A stretch of DNA of 51,807 nt from Candidatus Eiseniibacteriota bacterium (GTDB taxonomy: Bacteria > Arandabacterota > Arandabacteria > Arandabacterales > Arandabacteraceae), in assembly GCA_043810925.1 (NCBI GenBank), contig JBDRNT010000162.1, positions 1-51,807 on the forward strand, given 5' to 3'. The stretch's first letter is position 1. Every line of letters starts with the position of its first letter. The position numbers and the translations under genes are program-made. Of this stretch, positions 45,350 to 51,807 are shown piece after piece. The notes beneath the pieces were generated by a model that was given only the letters and a program-made list of their open reading frames with translations, was not told where the DNA came from and did no database searches.

Positions 45350-46323
45350 GGGAAATCGAGGTGCGTGTCGCCGCCCGGACAAGCGAGAGGATTGACAAGT
45401 ACCTCAGTGATGACAAACGCATAGCGACAAGGGCTCAGATTCAGAGACTGCTCAAGGGCGGGCTGATACTGGTTGAGGGAATGCCGGTCAAACCGAGCCA
45501 CCGGCTGCGGGGAGACGAGACGATCAAGATTACGATCCCCGATCCTGAGCCCTCCCGGCTCGAGCCCGAATCGGTCGCGCTCGACATAATATATGAAGAC
45601 CGGTTCATGGTGGTTGTAAACAAGCCGGCCGGGATGGTCGTCCATCCGGGTAGCGGGGTTAAGAGCGGTACGCTTGCAAACGCTTTGCTTTCGCACTGCA
45701 CGGACCTGTCGGGAATAGGCGGGGTGGTGAGGCCCGGGATCGTTCACAGGTTGGACAAGGGCACGACGGGATTGATAATGGTGGCGAAGGACGACAGGAC
45801 GCACCTTGCGCTGAGTGAGGCCCTCAAGGCAAGAGAGGTGAAGCGGACCTACCAGGCGATAGTGTGGGGAGTGCCGGCGGAGGGGACGACGATAGAGACG
45901 CTGATCGGTAGAAGCCGGGCTGACAGGAAGAAGATGGCGGTCCTGAAGCGGGATGGAAGAACGGCCATCACCACGTTTCGTGTTGCCGAGGAGTTTGAGT
46001 TCACGAGCAGGCTGGTTGTAAATCTCCAGACGGGACGGACGCACCAGATAAGAGTCCATCTATTACACACGGGACATCCCGTTTTCGGCGATCCGACCTA
46101 TGGCGGGCGGAGGCGGAAATACGGCGCGCTGAGCCCTGCTGCGATGGAGAGGGCAAGAGGCTATCTCAGTCTCGTGGACAGGCAGGCGCTGCATGCCCAA
46201 AGTCTGACCTTTACTCATCCGCGAACAGACGCTAAAATGACACTGGATGCACCATTGCCTGAGGACATGGAGTTATTACTTCATGCCCTGAGGCAGGGAA
46301 GCCAAAAAGGAGGGGAGAAGTGA
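45346..46323 (+). CDS. rluD: RluA/RluD-family pseudouridine synthase with S4 domain
   Basis: NKPAGMVVHP, HRLDKGTTG, TGRTHQIRVH, QALHA. Confidence 0.93.
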   Translation: MREIEVRVAARTSERIDKYLSDDKRIATRAQIQRLLKGGLILVEGMPVKPSHRLRGDETIKITIPDPEPSRLEPESVALDIIYEDRFMVVVNKPAGMVVHPGSGVKSGTLANALLSHCTDLSGIGGVVRPGIVHRLDKGTTGLIMVAKDDRTHLALSEALKAREVKRTYQAIVWGVPAEGTTIETLIGRSRADRKKMAVLKRDGRTAITTFRVAEEFEFTSRLVVNLQTGRTHQIRVHLLHTGHPVFGDPTYGGRRRKYGALSPAAMERARGYLSLVDRQALHAQSLTFTHPRTDAKMTLDAPLPEDMELLLHALRQGSQKGGEK

Positions 46324-46670
46324 AGATCAAAATCAGGAAGACCGAATCAGTTGCCATCATCGACCTGTCGGGGAAACTGATGGGTGGTCCGGATGCTGAT
46401 GTCTTCAAAGAGACCATCCGGGGGCTGATTCAGGAAGGTTACAAGAAGGTGCTTGTCAACCTCGCTCATGTTCCCTGGGTCAACAGTACTGGGCTTGGCA
46501 TTCTTATTGCGGGTTACACCACACTCAAGCGTGAAGGTGGAACGCTCAAGCTGACCCACGTGACGGACCGTATCGAGAGCATTCTGATGATCACGAAGCT
46601 GGGGACGATCTTTGAATCCTTCAGCGACGAGGAGGTTGCAATCAAGAGTTTCGAGACCTCCAAAGACTGA
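46320..46670 (+). CDS. STAS-domain anti-sigma-factor antagonist
   Basis: IDLSGKL, V.WVNSTGLG with the phospho-acceptor Ser position, GGTLKL. Confidence 0.9.
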   Translation: MKIKIRKTESVAIIDLSGKLMGGPDADVFKETIRGLIQEGYKKVLVNLAHVPWVNSTGLGILIAGYTTLKREGGTLKLTHVTDRIESILMITKLGTIFESFSDEEVAIKSFETSKD

Positions 46671-46688
46671 AGAGCAATCGAGGCTGAC

Positions 46689-47519
46689 ATGCTTGAAATA
46701 TGTCTTCCAAGCAATATCGAGTACCTGCCTCTGGTGGATACGATCTGCCAGGCGTTCTGTGTCTGGGCAGGGGTTCCTTCAGGCATGAGTGACGACATAT
46801 CCATGGCGGTGATCGAGGCCGCGACGAATGCGCTCGCCCACGGCAACAAGTATGACGAATCCAAGAAGGTCCGTGCGGTCTTCGAGAAGCGTGGTTGTGA
46901 GATCGTTTTCTCGGTGACCGATGAAGGATCCGGCTTTGATCCCGGGAAGGTCCCCAGCCCGGTAGATGAGTGCAATATGCTCAAGGACTGCGGGCGAGGC
47001 ATCTTCATAATGAAGCATGTGATGGACTCCGTGGAATTCGAACAGGCCAAGGGCGGCGGTACTACAATCCGCCTCACGAAGAGGATCAGCCGGATAAGCA
47101 ACGGCAGGATCCTTTGCATCGACTACGGTGAGAAACGTCTGGGAATGGCGCTGAGCGACGAGCTCGGCGTCACTGCACAACCGCTGGGCAAGATCGAAGC
47201 AGAGAACAGGGAAGAACAGATTAGGGAACTCAAGAAGGTGGCGGAGGAACGCGGGGTGTCCGAGGTCGTCGTGGGACTCCCGCTGACGATGAGGGGTGAC
47301 GTTTCCCACGCGGCCAGCCGGGTGACCGCTTTTGCTACCGATCTGAACAAGCATCTCGGCCTTCCCGTGGTCACATGGGACGAGAGGCTCTCCACCAAGC
47401 AGGGTGAGAGGGTCCTGATAGAGTCCGGGATGAGGAGGAAGAAGCGCAAGCAGGTCGTGGACTCCGTCGCAGCCGCCATCATCCTTCAGAGCTATCTTGA
47501 CGCGAGACGGAATAAGTGA
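46689..47519 (+). CDS. Fusion of RsbW-like anti-sigma/Ser kinase (HATPase_c) and YqgF/RuvX RNase H-like nuclease
   Basis: EAATNALAHGN, DEGSGFD, GRGIFIM, then in frame RILCIDYGEKRLG.A.SD, VVGLP, WDERLST, VDSVAA.IILQSYLD. Confidence 0.9.
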   Translation: MLEICLPSNIEYLPLVDTICQAFCVWAGVPSGMSDDISMAVIEAATNALAHGNKYDESKKVRAVFEKRGCEIVFSVTDEGSGFDPGKVPSPVDECNMLKDCGRGIFIMKHVMDSVEFEQAKGGGTTIRLTKRISRISNGRILCIDYGEKRLGMALSDELGVTAQPLGKIEAENREEQIRELKKVAEERGVSEVVVGLPLTMRGDVSHAASRVTAFATDLNKHLGLPVVTWDERLSTKQGERVLIESGMRRKKRKQVVDSVAAAIILQSYLDARRNK

Positions 47520-48676
47520 CGAGGCCATCCTTGCGAGTCCTCATAAGAGACGGGCTCGCCATGGGGGTTCTTACTGCAGTCTGTCTCGTAACCACAGGAA
47601 TCTTCAGCCAGGCCGGTTTCCATGAACCCCGGCATGTCTATGTCGTGATAGACCGGGGAATATCCTTCTCCGAGATCGGTGAGCGTTTTCAGTCCAGCGG
47701 GCTGATAAAGGACGGTCTGGTGTTTCTCGTGCTCGGCAGGGTCTTTGGAATCGAGCACAGGGCAAAGGCAGGCCGCTACCGCTTTGCCGGCGCCAGTAAC
47801 ATGATCGATATCCTGCACACCCTTTACAAGGGTGCTACCTACAGGGAGAAAGTGCTCGTTCGTCCGGGCAGGACGATCGAGGTGGTCGGAGGGATCTTGG
47901 GCGAGAAGGCTGCAATCGATTCGGTCTCGTTCGTCTCGCTCTGCTACGACTCGACCTTTGTCAGGGGTCTTGGCGTCCCGTCGATTACGGCCGAAGGCTA
48001 CCTCTTTCCGGATACATATGACATTGAATGGCAGGAGGATGCCGAGTCGGTGATGAGACGAATGGTCTCTGGTTTCTTCAGGGTCTTCGATGATTCCCTG
48101 CATGCCAGGGCCGGGCAGATGGGTATGACGGTCAACGAGGCGGTGACGCTCGCATCGATCATCGAAAGAGAGGCGATGCTTGATGAGGAAAGACCAAAGA
48201 TCTCCGCGGTCTTTCACAACAGGCTCCGGCGCGGTATGCGGCTTCAGGCCGATCCGACGGTGAGATACGCACTCAAGAAGTGGAGAGGCCGGGTGCTCTA
48301 TGAGGATCTCAAGTTCGACTCTCCCTACAATACCTACAGGGTCTATGGCCTGCCCCCGCGTCCGATATGTAACCCCGGGCTGGCCTCGATGATTGCCGCC
48401 CTGAATCCCATACCCGGTTCGGATGATCTTTACTTCGTTGCGCAGGGAGACGGCAGCCACTATTTCTCCACGAATTCAGGTGAGCACCTCCAGGCTAAGG
48501 GCAGGTACAAGAGCTATCTCAAGGCGGTGGAGACCAAACGCATGAAGACGGCCGAGGTGGCGCGCCAGGACAGTATCACAAGGGCCGAGACCGCTGGTGA
48601 TCCCGGCAGTCCAAAGAAGCCGGAGGGCATGAAGGAAACCATCCATCTAAAGGACGGGCCGGGTGGGGCGCGGTAG
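47516..48676 (+). CDS. mltG: Endolytic transglycosylase MltG
   Basis: EGYLFPDTY, LASIIERE, LQADPTV.Y, SPYNTY...GLPP.PI.NPG. Confidence 0.95.
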   Translation: MTRPSLRVLIRDGLAMGVLTAVCLVTTGIFSQAGFHEPRHVYVVIDRGISFSEIGERFQSSGLIKDGLVFLVLGRVFGIEHRAKAGRYRFAGASNMIDILHTLYKGATYREKVLVRPGRTIEVVGGILGEKAAIDSVSFVSLCYDSTFVRGLGVPSITAEGYLFPDTYDIEWQEDAESVMRRMVSGFFRVFDDSLHARAGQMGMTVNEAVTLASIIEREAMLDEERPKISAVFHNRLRRGMRLQADPTVRYALKKWRGRVLYEDLKFDSPYNTYRVYGLPPRPICNPGLASMIAALNPIPGSDDLYFVAQGDGSHYFSTNSGEHLQAKGRYKSYLKAVETKRMKTAEVARQDSITRAETAGDPGSPKKPEGMKETIHLKDGPGGAR

Positions 48677-48718
48677 AAAGTGGCGCGGCAGACAATCAAG
48701 AAGACGTGAAAGGTCCGG

Positions 48719-49549
48719 ATGGCGCTTAAGAAGATAAGCGAAGAGGCGAGAGGTCCCATTGCCGCCAAGGCGGAGAAGCTGCTCGAGATCTTAAAACCGC
48801 TCGGCAACGTGCTCGTTGCCTACTCAGGGGGCGTGGATTCAAGCCTGCTCCTTGCCGCCGCCTGCGAGGCCCTGGGTGCCGGTGTTCTTGCCGTGACCGC
48901 CTCTTCAGCGACATATCCGAGGCGGGAGCTTGACGAGGCAAGACGGATCGTCGCTCTTACCGGTGCCCGCCACCAGGTGATAAAGACGCAGGAGGTCGAC
49001 GATCCCCGCTTCGCCGAGAATCCGCTTGAGAGGTGTTATCACTGCAAACGGGAGCTCTTTGTCAGGCTTGCCGAGACCGCCGGGACCGAAGGCGTGGCGG
49101 CCCTGATAGAAGGTTCAACGGTTGAGGACCTCTCGGACTTCAGACCCGGCGAAAGGGCCCTGCGCGAGCTCGAGGTCTTAAGCCCCTTAAGACAGGCCGA
49201 CTTCAAGAAATCCGATGTCAGAGAACTTGCCCGCTTGATCGGACTTCCCAACTGGGACAAACCGGCGGCGGCATGCCTGGCGTCGCGGTTTCCCTATGGT
49301 GAGAAGATCACGCGTGAGGCGCTCGGGATGGTCGAAAGACTTGAGGATGCATTGCATGACATGGGCTTCAAACAGGTCCGGGCCCGGTGTCATGGGGATC
49401 TCGTCAGGATCGAGGTCGAGCGCGATATGCTCGAGACGGCCACCGGCCGGGAGATGAGGGACAGAATGGTCCAGGCCGCCAGGAGGGAGGGTTTTCGCTT
49501 CGTCGCTCTGGATCTTCAGGGCTACCGGATGGGGAGCTTCAATCCTTGA
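48719..49549 (+). CDS. larE: LarE-family ATP-dependent sulfur transferase
   Basis: PP-loop AYSGGVDS, RCYHCK, DFRPG, ACLASR.PYG, GYRMGS. Confidence 0.88.
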   Translation: MALKKISEEARGPIAAKAEKLLEILKPLGNVLVAYSGGVDSSLLLAAACEALGAGVLAVTASSATYPRRELDEARRIVALTGARHQVIKTQEVDDPRFAENPLERCYHCKRELFVRLAETAGTEGVAALIEGSTVEDLSDFRPGERALRELEVLSPLRQADFKKSDVRELARLIGLPNWDKPAAACLASRFPYGEKITREALGMVERLEDALHDMGFKQVRARCHGDLVRIEVERDMLETATGREMRDRMVQAARREGFRFVALDLQGYRMGSFNP

Positions 49550-49621
49550 CCGGGAACATTGATCGATCTCTTTTGTATTGTAATGTATGGTCTGAAAGGG
49601 TAGTCTAAGGCTTGGGAGGGA

Positions 49622-49897
49622 ATGATGGCACAACGTAAGAAAGGCAAGAAGCAGGTAAAAGCAGTTCAGCCTAAGCGCAAGCAACGGGAGGGCTCGCTGG
49701 TACTTGGCCGGCGAAACGTTCTATTGCTTGTGGCCGGTATTGTCGTCATTCTCATCGGGTATCTCCTACTGGGCCGGGGTAGCATAAGCGCAGCCCCTCT
49801 TCTCATAGTGATCGGGTATTGCGTGATGATACCGCTCTCGATTATCCTTTGGACAAAGAGATCAGACGATAAGCAGCAGTCTAAGCCGGGCGAATAG
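49622..49897 (+). CDS. Small two-TM membrane protein (DUF3098-like); last 10 nt overlap tRNA-Val
   Basis: GGGAGG RBS; basic N-terminus; N..LL..G..VI.IGY.LL...APLLIVIGY. Confidence 0.75.
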   Translation: MMAQRKKGKKQVKAVQPKRKQREGSLVLGRRNVLLLVAGIVVILIGYLLLGRGSISAAPLLIVIGYCVMIPLSIILWTKRSDDKQQSKPGE

Positions 49898-49964
49898 CTC
49901 AGTTGGTTAGAGCACCTGCCTTACAAGCAGGGGGTCAGAGGTTCAAGTCCTCTTTCGCCCACCA
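49888..49964 (+). tRNA. tRNA-Val(TAC)
   Basis: GGGCGAA...TTCGCCC-A-CCA; CCTGC-CT-TAC-AA-GCAGG. Confidence 0.97.
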
Positions 49965-49999
49965 TTTGCTTGAGATTTTCGGATTGTGAGGTAAGCCGA

Positions 50000-51676
50000 A
50001 TGAAGAGAATCCTTCTTGTTTTGATGGTGATGTGGGTTACGCCGCTCTGTGCGGCTCCGGCCGGAGTCCCTGCGGCGTCGATGGTGGTGGAGTGGGAAGG
50101 TGGCGGGATAAGCGTCGGTGACTTCGTAGCCTGGTGGGAGCGGATTGACCCGCCTGATCGCCCGCCGCTTTCGACCATCGAAGAGAAGACCGCCTTCCTC
50201 GAGAGCATGATTAGTGCGAGCCTGATGCTGGCCGAGGCCGAGTCGCTCGGGCTCGATCATGATCCCAACGTCGTTGACTGGATCAGAAGCAGAAGAACTT
50301 CGCTTCTGATGGATGAGCTCATGGCACAGGCAACCGCGGGCAGGCTGGGGATCGACGACGAAGAAGTCGAGCACTTATACCTGAGAAGACTCACGCAGGT
50401 GGTGGCACGGCACCTCATAACCCCGACTCTTGATGAGGCCGAGGCCATGATCGACTCGATAAACTCAGGCGTGCCGTTTGAGGATCTGGCGATGAGGCAC
50501 TCCACCTGTGCTTCGGCCGCCAGGGGTGGGGCTCTGGGAGCCGTCAGGTGGGGGGACTTCTCGGATAGATGGTCCGAACAGGCGTTTCGGCTCGAGCCCG
50601 GCGAGATCTCACCGCCGTTTAAGGTCGAGACCGGTTACGGGATCGTGAAGATTCAAAGCAAGACCCTTGTCGAGCCTCCCAACCCGGAAGCGGAGAGGCA
50701 GGCCATAAGGAATAGACTTGAGAAGCAGCTGCTTTTTGAGGAAAAGAAGGTTTTCACGGACTCGCTCAGACTGGCCTACGGGTTCGATATAGATGAGGAT
50801 GCTGTGATCGAGCTCTGCTCCAGGTACGCGGTCAAGCTCATGGAGTTGGGTGAGACCAGGGAGGTTGTGGATATCGATGTAATACCCGACCTCATGGATA
50901 GCGAGAAGGCGAGACCGGTTGCAACCTACGAGGGCGGCTCGCTCTCGACCGGCGAGCTTGTCGATATAATCTTGGGTTACCCGTACGCGGTGAGACCGGA
51001 ACTCGACAATCCCAACCAGATGATCCCGCTCGTCTGGAGACAGGCCAGGGATACGCTGCTTGTCATGGAAGCGGAGAAGCGCGAGCTGGATAAGCTCCCG
51101 AAGATTGCCGTACCACTCCTGAAGGTCAGGCAGAGAAAGCTGGCGGCGGTGCTGTTCCGGCATCTCACTCAGGATGCAGTGGTCCCCGAAGAGGAACTAC
51201 GCGCTCACTACGAAAGTGACCCGGAAGCTCAGCGGTTTCCGCGAGCCCATGTTGCGTCCAAGATCCTGCTCTCCAGCCGCGAAGCCGCCGACTCGTTGCT
51301 TGAGTTGATCGAGATGGGTGAGTCCTTTGAGGAGCTTGCGCGCGAGAACTCCCTTGATCCTTTCTCAGCACCCCACGGCGGCGACCTCGGACTGGTGAAG
51401 GAGGGCAAGGATGAGGAATTTGACGGGTTCTTCGCACAAATGGAGGTGGGCGATATCCGGTATTTCAGGAGCCTCGAAGGCCATCTGATCATGTGGTTGA
51501 GAGAGAGGCATGAAAGCAGGATCCCGACCTTCGAACAAGTGAGGCATGTCCTCACCACGTCGATGCTGCCGGTCTATAAGGATCAGATGCTGATGGACTG
51601 GATTGCCAAGAAACGTGAGGAGCTCGGTCTTACGATCAACCACTCGGTCTTAGAGCAGATCAAGTTAGGTTCCTGA
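50000..51676 (+). CDS. SurA/PrsA-like peptidyl-prolyl isomerase with two parvulin domains
   Basis: Signal peptide from ATG 50000; ARHL...FEDLA..HS...GGALG and KIL...FEELARENS.D...GGDLG. Confidence 0.88.
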   Translation: MKRILLVLMVMWVTPLCAAPAGVPAASMVVEWEGGGISVGDFVAWWERIDPPDRPPLSTIEEKTAFLESMISASLMLAEAESLGLDHDPNVVDWIRSRRTSLLMDELMAQATAGRLGIDDEEVEHLYLRRLTQVVARHLITPTLDEAEAMIDSINSGVPFEDLAMRHSTCASAARGGALGAVRWGDFSDRWSEQAFRLEPGEISPPFKVETGYGIVKIQSKTLVEPPNPEAERQAIRNRLEKQLLFEEKKVFTDSLRLAYGFDIDEDAVIELCSRYAVKLMELGETREVVDIDVIPDLMDSEKARPVATYEGGSLSTGELVDIILGYPYAVRPELDNPNQMIPLVWRQARDTLLVMEAEKRELDKLPKIAVPLLKVRQRKLAAVLFRHLTQDAVVPEEELRAHYESDPEAQRFPRAHVASKILLSSREAADSLLELIEMGESFEELARENSLDPFSAPHGGDLGLVKEGKDEEFDGFFAQMEVGDIRYFRSLEGHLIMWLRERHESRIPTFEQVRHVLTTSMLPVYKDQMLMDWIAKKREELGLTINHSVLEQIKLGS

Positions 51677-51807
51677 CGTCAGGTGCTGTCGGGCCTGTTG
51701 GGCAGGGGCGAAGTCGGGGTCGATGGTGAGTATCTTATCGAGTATGGCGATTGATTCCTCGTTCTTGCCTTCCTCGGCCTTCGTTGCGGCAAGTCCGAAG
51801 AGCGCGA
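51665..51807 (-). CDS. C-terminal end of a TPR-containing protein (partial, runs off the window)
   Basis: Manual translation ...ALFGLAATKAEEGKNEESIAILDKILTIDPDFAPAQQARQHLTSGT*. Confidence 0.6.
   Translation of the reverse strand, partial: ALFGLAATKAEEGKNEESIAILDKILTIDPDFAPAQQARQHLTSGT

Noticed and set aside
45058-48460. Long antisense ORFs (45058-46059, 46779-47528, 47492-48460) and similar ones elsewhere such as 22683-23639
   Set aside because: Shadow frames of well-supported genes in GC-rich sequence; no motifs

Overview
Bacterial chromosomal segment that is mostly housekeeping: dnaK, hisJ-like PHP phosphatase, smpB, amidase-gerMN-murI-rph-rdgB, trkH/trkA, tdk-yggS-divIVA-yggU-PNP-ileS-dksA-like-lspA-rluD-STAS-(RsbW/YqgF fusion)-mltG-larE, and a SurA-like PPIase. 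It has six tRNA genes (Leu, Pro, Arg, His, Lys, Val) and tmRNA (tag ANSNLAMAA). A GWxTD protein and a secreted protein with a FlgD-Ig/T9SS-like tail suggest an FCB-related lineage (inference only). The best candidate for an undescribed system is at 202-7200. A 1682-aa (pseudo)kinase-STAND-TPR-GAF-sigma54 activator is followed by palindromic enhancer-like sites, an IHF-like site and a sigma54 promoter upstream of a 70-aa signal-peptide micro-protein. Next come a GAFTGA-less, HTH-less bEBP paralogue and a small PD-(D/E)xK-like protein, then a second sigma54 promoter in front of dnaK. The layout resembles receptor/peptide (RRNPP-like) signalling with a sigma54 output. Other oddities: an in-frame anti-sigma kinase-YqgF/RuvX fusion, an IleRS2 with a GVHH signature, a CDS whose stop codon lies inside tRNA-Val, degenerate copies of the tmRNA 3' end separating accessory genes, probable CTG start codons, and four distinct REP-like intergenic repeat families. 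All calls come from reading the sequence by eye; no searches were run.
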